A DNA stretch of 64,000 nucleotides. Origin: an uncultured Acidobacteriota bacterium (GTDB taxonomy: Bacteria; Acidobacteriota; Vicinamibacteria; Vicinamibacterales; UBA2999). The notes beneath the pieces are model-generated. The model ran no database searches, was not told the origin of the DNA, and saw nothing but the letters and a program-made list of their open reading frames with translations. Every line of letters starts with the position of its first letter. Positions within the stretch are counted from its first letter, which is position 1. The position numbers were made by a program, and so were the translations under genes. The DNA lies in contig CAWJEM010000022.1 in assembly GCA_963841905.1 (NCBI GenBank), forward strand, positions 92,835 through 156,834. The letters run 5' to 3'. Below, in pieces: positions 48,501 to 58,212 of this stretch.

Positions 48501-49706
48501 ATGCCGGTTCACCAATGGCTTTCGCTGTCGTGGCCCGCATTCGAGCGCGTGGGGAGTGAGCGCACGGTGGCGGTGCTACCGGTTGGCGCTCTCGAAGCGC
48601 ATGGCCCGCATTTGCCGTTGGGCACCGATGTCGTCATCGCCGACGCGATGGCGCGAGCGGGCGCAGAGCGACTTGCCGGTCGTGGATTCGAAGTCGTGTT
48701 GCTCCCTGCGCTAACAGTCGCGCCCGCGCCGTTTGCTTCGGCGTTCGCTGGGACGATCGATACCCCGGCGGCCGCGACGACATTGCTCATTGCCGGCGTG
48801 GCCGGCAGTGTCGGTCGGCACGGCGTCCGGGTCATGGCGATCGCCAACGCGCACCATGACCCAGCGAACGTTGCTGCCATCCGTGAAGCCGCAGCGCAGG
48901 AAGTCGATGGGTGCACGATAGTGTTTCCCGACCTGACACGACGTCGTTGGGCGAGCCGATTAGGACCCGAGTTTCAAAGCGGCGCCTGCCATGCCGGGCG
49001 CTACGAGGGCTCCATCGTCCTGGCTGAACATCCCTCCTGGGTGGACGTCGAAACCATGAGCGGCTTGCCTCCCAATCCCGCCTCGTTGGTTGACGCGATT
49101 CGTCGCGGCGATCGGTCGTTCGCCGCTGCGGGTGGGGCCCGCGCCTATTTCGGCTGGCCCGCAGCGGCCACCGCCAATGAGGGACGACAGAGCATCGAGA
49201 CGCTGGGGGCAATACTAGAAGAGTCAGTGCTGGAGGCGCTCGCCGCCAATCCGCCTCTCCGAGACAACCGCATGCCCAAACATGACTCACCGCAAGCTGT
49301 TCACGTCAATCCACCGTCTCGTGGGCGGCCGCGCGGCTTTTCACATGGTGTCCTCACACCTGCAGGGTGGCGCACCTTGCACGTGGCTGGCCAGACGGCA
49401 GCCGACGACGAGAGCGGTGTCGCGGTCGGTGATTTTGCGACACAGTTCGAGTTGGCCCTCGTCAGAACCTTGGAAGTGGTGAGGACCGCCGGCGGGGATC
49501 CGAAGCATGTCGTTCGAATGACGATCTACGTCACGGACCTCGACGAATATCGCGGGGCGCGCGGCAGCTTGGCGGACGTCTGGAAACGACACTTGGGAAC
49601 CCACTACCCGGCGATGGCCCTCATCGGTGTGACTGGGCTGGTGGATCGCGATGCGGTCGTCGAGATCGAAGCGGATGCTGTGTTACCCATCAAGGAGCGG
49701 TCGTGA
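48501..49706 (+). CDS. Creatininase-family amidohydrolase fused in frame to a RidA/YjgF-family domain
   Basis: N-terminal 250 aa: VAVLPVGALEAHGPHLPLGTDVVIAD...IANAHHDPAN...GACHAGRYEGS. C-terminal 140 aa: GFSHGVLTPAGWRTLHVAGQTA...VVRMTIYVTDLDEY...YPAMALIGVTGLVDRDAVVEIEA. No stop between the two halves; there is an internal Met at about 49270. Confidence 0.7.
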   Translation: MPVHQWLSLSWPAFERVGSERTVAVLPVGALEAHGPHLPLGTDVVIADAMARAGAERLAGRGFEVVLLPALTVAPAPFASAFAGTIDTPAAATTLLIAGVAGSVGRHGVRVMAIANAHHDPANVAAIREAAAQEVDGCTIVFPDLTRRRWASRLGPEFQSGACHAGRYEGSIVLAEHPSWVDVETMSGLPPNPASLVDAIRRGDRSFAAAGGARAYFGWPAAATANEGRQSIETLGAILEESVLEALAANPPLRDNRMPKHDSPQAVHVNPPSRGRPRGFSHGVLTPAGWRTLHVAGQTAADDESGVAVGDFATQFELALVRTLEVVRTAGGDPKHVVRMTIYVTDLDEYRGARGSLADVWKRHLGTHYPAMALIGVTGLVDRDAVVEIEADAVLPIKERS

Positions 49707-50500
49707 CGGCGCCAGCGTCTTTCCTCGTCGCCCACGAGGAGTCGACGGGTGTCACGACGATCACCCTCAACCGGCCGCAGCGCCTCAACGCGCTCACGTT
49801 CGAGGTCTACGGGGAGCTCAGGTCCACATTCGATGCGTTGAGCGGCACGCCGGAGGTTCGTGCGATTGTCCTGACGGGTAAGGGCCAGGCGTTTTGCTCG
49901 GGCGGCGACGTTCACGACATTATCGGGCCCCTTCTGTCACGCGACTTTCAGGGGTTGCTCGCGTTCACGCGCTTGACTGGCGATCTCGTTCGAAGCATCC
50001 GCGCGTGCCGCCAGCCAGTGGTCGCGGCGCTCAATGGCACCGTCGCCGGTGCCGGGGCGGTTATTGCCACCGCGTGTGACATCAGGATTGCGGCGTCATC
50101 GGCAAAGATCGCGTTTCTGTTCACGAAGGTCGGGCTCTCTGGTGCAGACATGGGCGCCGCCTGGCTGCTGCCGCGCATCGTCGGTACTGGTCGAGCAGCC
50201 GAGCTGCTCATGATGGGCGACTTCATCAGCGCGGCGGAAGCTCTCCGAATCGGTCTCTACAATCGCGTGGTCGAAGACGACGCGCTGGCGGTGACCGCTC
50301 GAGAGTTTGCGGAGCGGTTGGCACGCGGGCCGTCGTTCGCTCTCGAGATCACGAAGGACGCCATGAATCGGGAGGCTGCGATGGATCTGCCATCGGCGCT
50401 CGAAGCGGAGGCGCAGATTCAGGCGGCCCTCATGCTGCATCCGGACTTCCGCGAAGCGTACGAAGCGTTTCGCGACAAACGAGAGCCAAGGTTCAAGTGA
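49703..50500 (+). CDS. Enoyl-CoA hydratase/isomerase (crotonase) family
   Basis: ITLNRPQRLNALT...VLTGKGQAFCSGGDV...AALNGTVAGAGAVIATACDIRIA...FTKVGLSGADMGAAWLLPR. 4-nt overlaps with both neighbours. Confidence 0.9.
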   Translation: MTAPASFLVAHEESTGVTTITLNRPQRLNALTFEVYGELRSTFDALSGTPEVRAIVLTGKGQAFCSGGDVHDIIGPLLSRDFQGLLAFTRLTGDLVRSIRACRQPVVAALNGTVAGAGAVIATACDIRIAASSAKIAFLFTKVGLSGADMGAAWLLPRIVGTGRAAELLMMGDFISAAEALRIGLYNRVVEDDALAVTAREFAERLARGPSFALEITKDAMNREAAMDLPSALEAEAQIQAALMLHPDFREAYEAFRDKREPRFK

Positions 50501-51639
50501 AGGCTGTGACGGCGTTGCTCGAACCAGCACACCAGGAGCTCTGGCGTCGTGTGTCGGAATGGGCGCGGCGTGTTCTGCGGCCCAAGCGTGAGCCTGCGAC
50601 AGACGACGAAGCTCGGCGTGAGGCGCGCGCGCTGCTTCGTGAGATTGGCGGTGGTGGGTGGCTTCAGGCGCTGGCGTCGCAGGACCTCCGGGGCATCTGC
50701 CTCGTGCGCGAAGCAGTGGCCGCGCAGAGCCCGCTGGCGGATGCAGTGGTCGCGATTCAGGGACTCGGTGCCACCGCGTTGATCCTCGGGGGCACGGCCG
50801 AACAGCGGTCGCGCTGGGTGCCGGGGATCATCGCCGGCGATGTGATGGCCGCCTTTGCGATGACCGAACCAGATGCCGGCTCGGACGTTGCGGCGCTAAC
50901 CACGACGGCTCGACATGACGACGACGGTTGGATTCTCGAGGGCGAGAAGCACCTCATTTCGAACGCCGGACTCGCGGACATTTATCTCGTCTTCGCAAAG
51001 ACGTCACCCGAACAGGGGAGTCGTGGTATCTCGGTGTTCCTCGTGCCATCGGACACCTCTGGCTTGTCGTTCGAAGGCGCGCAGGTGCTCGCGGCCGCCC
51101 ATCCCCTGGGCCGGATCCGCTTTCGCAATTGCCGGGTTCTCGACTCGGCACTGGTGGGAGAGCGCGATCGGGGGTTCAAGCTCGGAATGCAAACGCTCGA
51201 TCGACTGCGGCCGACGGTCGGCGCCGCCGCATGCGGCCTGGCAGCTCGCGCGTTGGACGAAGCCATTGCCCACGCCCTTCAGCGACGGCAGTTCGGCCAG
51301 GCCCTCGCCGACATGCCGGTCATACGAGCAAAGGTCGGCCAAATGGCAACCGATCTCGATGCCGCACGGATGCTGGTGTATCGCGCGGCGTGGGAACAGG
51401 CGCATGGCGCCCAGCGAAATTCGGCGTCAGCCGCGATGGCCAAGCTGTTCGCGACCGAAATGGCGCAACGCGTGGTCGATGAGGCAGTGCAGATCGTCGG
51501 AGGCATAGGCGTACTCGTTGGCCATCCCGTCGAAAGGCTGTATCGAGCCGTCCGCGCCTTGCGAATTTACGAAGGCGCCTCTGATATTCAGCGGCTGATC
51601 GTCGCCGGCGGTGTTTTCGACGAGGCCACGAACGCGTGA
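50497..51639 (+). CDS. Acyl-CoA dehydrogenase
   Basis: 380 aa. AAFAMTEPDAGSDVAAL...EGEKHLISNAG...ATEMAQRVVDEAVQIVGGIG...RALRIYEGASDIQRLIV. Confidence 0.9.
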   Translation: MKAVTALLEPAHQELWRRVSEWARRVLRPKREPATDDEARREARALLREIGGGGWLQALASQDLRGICLVREAVAAQSPLADAVVAIQGLGATALILGGTAEQRSRWVPGIIAGDVMAAFAMTEPDAGSDVAALTTTARHDDDGWILEGEKHLISNAGLADIYLVFAKTSPEQGSRGISVFLVPSDTSGLSFEGAQVLAAAHPLGRIRFRNCRVLDSALVGERDRGFKLGMQTLDRLRPTVGAAACGLAARALDEAIAHALQRRQFGQALADMPVIRAKVGQMATDLDAARMLVYRAAWEQAHGAQRNSASAAMAKLFATEMAQRVVDEAVQIVGGIGVLVGHPVERLYRAVRALRIYEGASDIQRLIVAGGVFDEATNA

Positions 51640-53971
51640 CGCGCGGCCTGCGGATCGTCTGCGTCGGCGGCGGGCCGGGAGGTCTTTATTTCGCTCTCTT
51701 GATGAAGCGCGCGGCCCCCCAGAACGACATCTGTGTCGTCGAACGCAACCGTCCTGACGACACGTTCGGTTTCGGCGTGGTGTTTTCGGACGCGACGATG
51801 GCTGGGATTGCCGAGGCGGACACCGAAGCGTTCGCGGCGATCTCGAACGGCCTGGTTCACTGGGACGACATCGCCATTCACCATGGTGGCGAGACGATTG
51901 TCTCAACCGGACACGGTTTCAGCGGCATGAGCCGTCACACGCTGCTGGCGACGCTGCAGCAACAAGCGGCCGCTGCGGGCGTGCGCCTCGAGTTCGAGCG
52001 AGAGATCGACACGCTGGATCAATTCGCCGACGCTGACTTGATCGTGGGCGCCGATGGCGTCAACAGCACCGTTCGGCGACTGCTGGGCGATCGCCTCGAG
52101 ACCACGATCGACCATGGACCGAATCGCTTCGTGTGGCTGGGCACGACGAAGCCGTTTGCCGAGTTCACCTTCTACTTCAAACGGAACGGGCACGGCCTGT
52201 GGCGAGTCCATGCCTATCAGTACGGGCCGAATCGCTCGACGTTCATCGTGGAGTGCCGCGACGAGACCTGGCGTGCGGCCGGGATGCATCGCGCGAGTGA
52301 AGAAGAAACGGCCGCGTTTCTCGAGGCGCTGTTCAGCGAAGAGCTCGCCGGTCATCGGCTGATCACGAACCGTTCTCTGTGGCGCCAGTTTCCGACCGTC
52401 AGCGTGAGACCCTGGTCGAGCGGCAACGTCGTGTTGTTGGGTGATGCGGCGCACACCGCCCACTTCTCCGTCGGTTCCGGCACGCGGATGGCAATGGAGG
52501 ATGCGGTCGCGCTGGTCGAACAGTTAGGGCAGGTAGGGCAGGTAGGGCAGGTAGGGCGGAGTGGGTCGGGTAGGGCAGGTTGGGGAGGCACTGGAGGCGT
52601 ACGAAGCAGCGCGGCGGCCGGCGGTTGAGAGCTTGCAGCGCGCTGCGCAGGCCTCGCTGCAATGGTTTGAAGACACCGAGCGCTACCTGCGGCTGCCCTG
52701 GTTGCAGTTTGCGTTCACGCTGCTGACGCGATCGCTCCGGATCACTCACGAGGATCTGCGAAAGCGCGACCCCGCCTTTCTCGGTCGAGTTGACCGTGCG
52801 GTGTCCGAGGCCGCGACGCGTCAAACGCGACTCGAAGCCCCAGCCGGCAAGACATCTGGGGCAGTGCCGCCACCGATGTTCACCCCGTTCCGGCTCAGAG
52901 ATCTCATCGTGCCGAATCGGATCGTGGTCTCACCGATGTGTCAGTACGTGGCTGACGATGGGACGGTGGGCGACTGGCACATCGTGCATCTTGGCAGTCG
53001 TGCGATTGGCGGCGCGGGGCTCGTGATGGCCGAAATGACCGACGTGAGCCGCGACGCGCGGATCTCCACGGCGTGTGCGGGTCTTTACCAGCCCGAGCAC
53101 GCGGTGGCGTGGCGGCGAGTGGTTGACTTCATTCATCGCGAGACACCCGCCAAGGTCGGCATCCAGTTGGGGCACGCAGGCCGCAAGGGAGCCACGAAAA
53201 AGCTGTGGGAAGGCGACAGCGAACCCATGGACGGTCCCGCATGGCCTCTCCTCTCGCCGTCTCCCATTCCTTATTTCGCCGACCGATCGCCAATTCCGCG
53301 AGAGATGACTCGCGACGACATGAACGTCGTTCGAGAAGACTTCATTCGGGCGACGTATCTTGCGCTCGACGCTGGATTCGATCTCCTCGAAGTACACATG
53401 GCGCACGGATATCTCCTGGCCTCGTTCATCTCACCCCTGACCAACCGCCGAGAGGACGAATATGGTGGCGTGCTGGCCAACCGCATGCGGTTCCCGCTCG
53501 AGATCTTCGCAGCGTGTCGTAAGGTATGGCCGGCGGAGCGACCAATGAGCGTGCGGATCAGCGCGGTCGACTGGGTGCCCGGTGGGCTGGAGCCCGCCGA
53601 CGCCGTCGAGGTGGCGCGACTACTCAAGTCGCGTGGCTGCGACGTCGTGGACGTCTCGGCTGGGCAAACGGTGCCGGAACAGCGTCCACAGGTACGGTCG
53701 ATTGTTCCAGACGCCCTTTGCCGACCGCATCCGGCACGAAGTGGGGATGCCGACGATGGCGGTTGGCAACATCTCGTCCTACATGGACGTCAACACAATC
53801 ATTGCGGCCGGCAGAGCGGACTTGTGTCTGCTCGCGCGCGCGCATTTGTTCGACCCCTACTGGGCACGCCATGCCGCCTACATGCAGGGCTACGTCATAC
53901 CGTGGCCCGATCCGTACAAGTCGGTCGAGCGATATACGCCTCGATTTGAATTCCGTTTCGGGGGAGACTGA
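51636..53971 (+). pseudogene. Bifunctional FAD monooxygenase / Old-Yellow-Enzyme reductase (2-aminobenzoyl-CoA monooxygenase/reductase or salicylyl-CoA 5-hydroxylase type), two frame breaks
   Basis: ORF 51636..52628 gives RIVCVGGGPGGLYFALLMK...VLLGDAAHTAHFSVGSGTRMAMEDAVAL. ORF 52561..53949 gives [15 protein letters not shown]...IVVSPMCQY...HAGRKG...[31 protein letters not shown] 53582..53971 gives [27 protein letters not shown]...[10 protein letters not shown]. Breaks at about 52566 and 53691. Confidence 0.8.
52524..52585 (+). repeat. Intragenic 9-nt tandem array GGGCAGGTA encoding (G-Q-V)n
   Basis: gggcaggta x3, gggcggagt, gggtcgggta (10 nt), gggcaggtt. Reads [23 protein letters not shown] inside the monooxygenase gene. 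Confidence 0.9.
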
Positions 53972-53975
53972 TGCC

Positions 53976-55467
53976 GTGGTTTCTGTGAACCCCGCCGATC
54001 CCTGCACCATTGTCATTTTTGGCGCGAGCGGTGACTTGACCCACCGACTCTTGATCCCATCGCTGTACAACCTCGCCGAAATGGGACTGCTGTCCGACCG
54101 GGTGGCCATCATCGGCCTCGCCCGATCGGAATCAACCGTGGAGCAGCTCAAGGAAAAGTTCCGGGAAGCAATCGAGAGCGCCGAAGGCCATCCGGTCGAT
54201 GCCGCTCTCTTTGATCGCACGAATGCAGCACCTCTCGTACATCGCGGCTGATTTCAACGACGAATCGGCATGGCAGCGGCTGGCTGACGAACTGGATGCG
54301 ATGGCGGAGGCGATCGAGACACGGAACGTCCTCTTCTATCTCGCGATCGCCCCCGAACAGTTTCTGAACGTGTGCGAACGGCTGGCGCGGCGAGGACTCC
54401 TCGACGAACGCGACGGTTGGCGGCGGGTGATTGTCGAAAAACCATTCGGCACCGATTTGGCGTCGGCGCGTGAGCTCAATCGACGACTCCGGATCGTCAT
54501 GAAGGAGCATCAGATCTATCGGATTGATCACTACCTCGGGAAGGAAAGCGTTCAAAACATCCTGGTCTTTCGCTTCGGCAACGGCATCTTCGAGCCGATC
54601 TGGAATCGTCGTTACGTCGACCATGTGCAAATCACGGTGGCCGAAACGCTGGGCGTCGAGATGCGCGGCAGCTATTACGATCAGGCAGGCGCGCTGCGCG
54701 ATATGGTTCCGAATCATCTGTTTCAGATTCTGACGCTGACAGCGATGGAGCCGCCCAGCTCGCTCGAGGCCAACGCGCTGCACAACGAACAGGTGAAGGT
54801 TCTCGAAGCGATCGAGCCCTTGAGCCTGCGCGAGTGCAGCGCGACGAGCGTGCGAGCCCAATACACCGGCGGGACGGTCGGCGGTTCGACCGTGCCGCCG
54901 TACCGGGTCGAGCCGCGCGTCAATCCGGCCTCGAAGACCGAAACGTATGTGGCATTCCGCATCGCGGTCGACAACTGGCGGTGGGCCGGCGTGCCCTTCT
55001 ACCTCCGCACCGGCAAGCGACTGGCGAAGAGGAAGAGCGAGGTCGTGATCCAGTACAAACAGCCGCCGTTGGCGCTCTTCCGCCAGGCCTCGATGGCGGC
55101 CCCGGAACCCAACCTGCTGGTCATCTCGATTCAGCCAGAGGAGACGATCAGGTGGCGTTTTGCGGCCAAACTGCCCGGGGCGGAATTGACGACGAGCCCG
55201 GTCGACATGCGGTTCAACTACGACGACTATTTTGGCGTCGAACGCCACACGGGTTACGAGACGCTGCTCTACGACGCGATGACCGGCGACCGCATGCTCT
55301 ACAAACGGGCCGATATCGTCGAAGAGGGTTGGGCCGTTGTCGAACCCATCTTGAAGGCGTGGACGAGCGGTGAATGCGGGCTGGCGTCGTATCCCGCAGG
55401 CAGCGACGGGCCTCGGGAAGCTGATGAACTCCTCTCGCGCGAAGGGCGGCGGTGGAGACGGTTGTGA
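53976..55467 (+). pseudogene. zwf: Glucose-6-phosphate dehydrogenase, frame broken near 54210
   Basis: The tail of ORF 53526..54251 gives [30 protein letters not shown]...[11 protein letters not shown] 54199..55467 gives [15 protein letters not shown]...[11 protein letters not shown]...[23 protein letters not shown]...[19 protein letters not shown] 53976 sits behind GGGGAGA. Confidence 0.9.
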
Positions 55468-55593
<126 letters not shown>

Positions 55594-56535
55594 TCATGAT
55601 TCCCTGTGCCCTCCAAACTGTGCACGCATGGCTGACAGCATCCGGTTGGCGAAATCGTCCTGGCCGCGCGAGCTGAAGCGTCCGAAGAGCGCGGCGGCGA
55701 GCACGGGAACAGGAACTGCGGCATCGATGGCGACATGCGCCGTCCAGCGCCCTTCGCCCGAGTCGCCGACGCGGCCCTCGAAGGCTCCCAAAGCAGGGTC
55801 TTCGGCCAGGGCGCGCGCCGTCAGGTCCAACAGCCACGAGCCGATGACGCTGCCTCGCCGCCACAATTCAGCAACCTCGGGGAGATCGAACTCGTATTCG
55901 GGCGCGTGCTCCAGCAGGTTGAAGCCCTCCGCGTAGGCGGCCATCAGGCCGTACTCGATCGCGTTGTGAACCATCTTGACGAAGTGGCCGGCGCCATGGC
56001 TGCCGCAGTGCAAGTAGCCGTACTCGGCCGGCGTGGGCTCGCCGTCGTCGGCCAGTCGAGGCGCCGCATCGATCCCGGGGGCGAGGGCGCGAAAAATCGG
56101 GTCGAGACGTCCGACCACGTCGGGGTTCCCACCAATCATCAGGCAGTAGCCGCGCTCAGCTCCCCAGATTCCGCCGCTCGTGCCGACATCGACGTATTCA
56201 ATCTGACGAGCGCCCAGACGCGCGGCTCGCGCCGTATCGAGCTTGTAGTGAGAGTTCCCGCCATCGATGACCACGTCACCCGCCGACAGCAGCGGCTGCA
56301 ACGCATCGATCGTCGCGTCGACGACGGTGTCGGGCACCATGATCCAGACGGCGCGCGGTGTGCGCAGTTGATGGATCAGTTCCACCAGGCTTGTCGCCGG
56401 CGCGACCCCCTCGCGTAATAGCGCGGCAGCAGTGTCGGGGCTGCGGTCGTAGGCGATGACCTGATGACCACCCTTCACGAGTCGGCGCGACATGTTGGCA
56501 CCCATGCGGCCGAGGCCGATCATTCCGATTTGCAT
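55594..56535 (-). CDS. gnd: 6-phosphogluconate dehydrogenase, decarboxylating (short Gnd/YqeC type)
   Basis: MQIGMIGLGRMGANMSRRLVKGGHQVIAYDR...VIDGGNSHY...VDVGTSGGIWGAERGYCLMIGG...GAGHFVKMVHNAIEYGLM. ATG 56535; the track ORF extends to 56646. Confidence 0.9.
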   Translation of the reverse strand: MQIGMIGLGRMGANMSRRLVKGGHQVIAYDRSPDTAAALLREGVAPATSLVELIHQLRTPRAVWIMVPDTVVDATIDALQPLLSAGDVVIDGGNSHYKLDTARAARLGARQIEYVDVGTSGGIWGAERGYCLMIGGNPDVVGRLDPIFRALAPGIDAAPRLADDGEPTPAEYGYLHCGSHGAGHFVKMVHNAIEYGLMAAYAEGFNLLEHAPEYEFDLPEVAELWRRGSVIGSWLLDLTARALAEDPALGAFEGRVGDSGEGRWTAHVAIDAAVPVPVLAAALFGRFSSRGQDDFANRMLSAMRAQFGGHRES

Positions 56536-56596
56536 TCCAGCATTATCCGCGGATCGAGCGCCGCCACTTCGGAGCAGATCGTTGGCCTGGCAGCGA

Positions 56597-57010
56597 ATGA
56601 CAACACGCGTACAATTCGGAGCGGTGAAGCGCTTCAAAGATCTCACCGAACGCGAGTTGGTGGCTCTGGCGATCTCGCTCGAGGAAGAGGACGAGCGGGT
56701 CTACGCCGACTTTGCCGAGGGCTTTCGCGAGCACTATCCGGCGACGGCGCAGGTCTTCGCTGCGATGCAAAGCGAAGAATCAGAGCATCGACGCGCGCTC
56801 ACGGAGCTGTTTCGCGAACGGTTCGGCGAGCACGTCCCGCTGATTCGCCGTCAGGACGTCAAGGGCTTCGTGGCGCGACGTCCGCTGTGGCTGACTAGTC
56901 CACTCCGCGTCGAGGCGGCGCGTGCGCAGGTGTCGGCGATGGAGCTCGAGAGGCGACTCGCCATCGGCTCTTCGTACTGCAGGTCGTTCAGCCGGCGCTC
57001 GCCGGGTTGA
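56597..57010 (+). CDS. Ferritin-like (erythrin/CCC1-N type) domain protein; possibly the N-terminal part of the VIT1 gene that follows
   Basis: MTTRVQFGAVKRFKDLTERELVALAISLEEEDERVYADFAE...MQSEESEHRRAL...VSAMELE gives one E...ExxH pair plus a third-helix E. The tail RRLAIGSSYCRSFSRRSPG looks out of frame. Confidence 0.55.
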   Translation: MTTRVQFGAVKRFKDLTERELVALAISLEEEDERVYADFAEGFREHYPATAQVFAAMQSEESEHRRALTELFRERFGEHVPLIRRQDVKGFVARRPLWLTSPLRVEAARAQVSAMELERRLAIGSSYCRSFSRRSPG

Positions 57011-57426
57011 TGGACGGATCGGTTTCGACACTGGCGCCGCTTTTCGCGGCGGCATTTGCGACACGAGATTCGTGGGATGCGTTTCTCGTCGGCATGGCCG
57101 CTTCAGTGGGGGCAGGCATTTCCATGGGGTTTGCTGAAGCGCTGTCGGACGATGGCTCCATGACCGGCCGCGGGCAACCGGCGCTGCGTGGAACGATCTG
57201 CGGCGTGACGACCACCGTTGGCGGGATTGGTCACACATTGCCGTATCTCATACCAAGCTTTCATGTCGCCACGCTGGTCGCGGTGCTCGTCGTCGCGGTC
57301 GAGTTGGTCGCTATCTCGTGGATACGCTTTCGATTCATGGACACGCCGTTCTTGCAGGCGACGTTTCAGGTGGTGTTGGGGGGATTCCTCGTTTTTCTGT
57401 CCGGCATTCTGATCGGCAGCGCCTGA
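57007..57426 (+). CDS. VIT1/CCC1-family iron/manganese transporter membrane domain
   Basis: LMDGSVSTLAPLFAAAFATRDSWDAFLVGMAASVGAGISMGFAEALSDDG... with 5 TM segments. Its frame stays open upstream to 56899 (...HRLFVLQVVQPALAG). Confidence 0.7.
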   Translation: MMDGSVSTLAPLFAAAFATRDSWDAFLVGMAASVGAGISMGFAEALSDDGSMTGRGQPALRGTICGVTTTVGGIGHTLPYLIPSFHVATLVAVLVVAVELVAISWIRFRFMDTPFLQATFQVVLGGFLVFLSGILIGSA

Positions 57427-57474
57427 ATCCGCGGAAGTCGTCCGCGGAAGGCACGGAAGGAGAACGGCGGGCCA

Positions 57475-58212
57475 CTACAGCGACGACGCGCTGCGAAACA
57501 CGAACGTTGCGAACGCGCTCCACGTGGACGTCAGCGCGAGCGGCTCGCTCCAGACACGAAATGCAAACGCCACAAGACCGGCAACATACACCGGATGCAC
57601 GGCGCGAATGTGGCGCCAGTCGTACACGACGGCCAGCAGCACCGGCGACGACCAGACGAGATACATGCCGGCAAGACCGGCGGGTGGTGCCGGCAGAAAC
57701 GACATCCGGCCCGCCGCGGCTACCAGCAGCGCGGTCGCGGCGACGGTCATTAGTTTCTTGTGCACGTCGGGTCGCCGCCGGAACCGGACAGCCGCACCGA
57801 AGAAGCTCGCGAACAACAGCATGTCGACCAAGGCAACATACAGCAGCCCTTCGGCCTGCCCTCCACGCGGCAGCTGCGCTGATCGCAAGACTCCCGTTGT
57901 CAGTCCTACGATGACGAGTAGCACGCCGTAGGCGATGCCGATGCGGCCGAGCCGCAGATGCCATCGGAGTCGTCCATTCGCCGCGAGCAGTGCTTGCGCC
58001 GCGAACAGCGCCAGCCATCCAGTAAACACGATCGCGTGAACGTGGATGAGTGGTGGCTGTGCGATCGTCAGGCGAACAAGCGGCCCGTAGTACGTCGGCC
58101 AGAACCCCACAGCAGCGATCACGGTCATGAGCGCGCTCAACGCGATGTAGAGCGGACGTCGCTGTGGGATCGCGCCCGTCAGAGTAACGGTGGTTTTCTC
58201 ATCAAGCAACAA
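57475..58212 (-). CDS. Hypothetical polytopic membrane protein
   Basis: 245 aa, 6-7 hydrophobic segments, last gene of a minus-strand overlapping gene string. No family recognised. Confidence 0.4.
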   Translation of the reverse strand: MLLDEKTTVTLTGAIPQRRPLYIALSALMTVIAAVGFWPTYYGPLVRLTIAQPPLIHVHAIVFTGWLALFAAQALLAANGRLRWHLRLGRIGIAYGVLLVIVGLTTGVLRSAQLPRGGQAEGLLYVALVDMLLFASFFGAAVRFRRRPDVHKKLMTVAATALLVAAAGRMSFLPAPPAGLAGMYLVWSSPVLLAVVYDWRHIRAVHPVYVAGLVAFAFRVWSEPLALTSTWSAFATFVFRSASSL

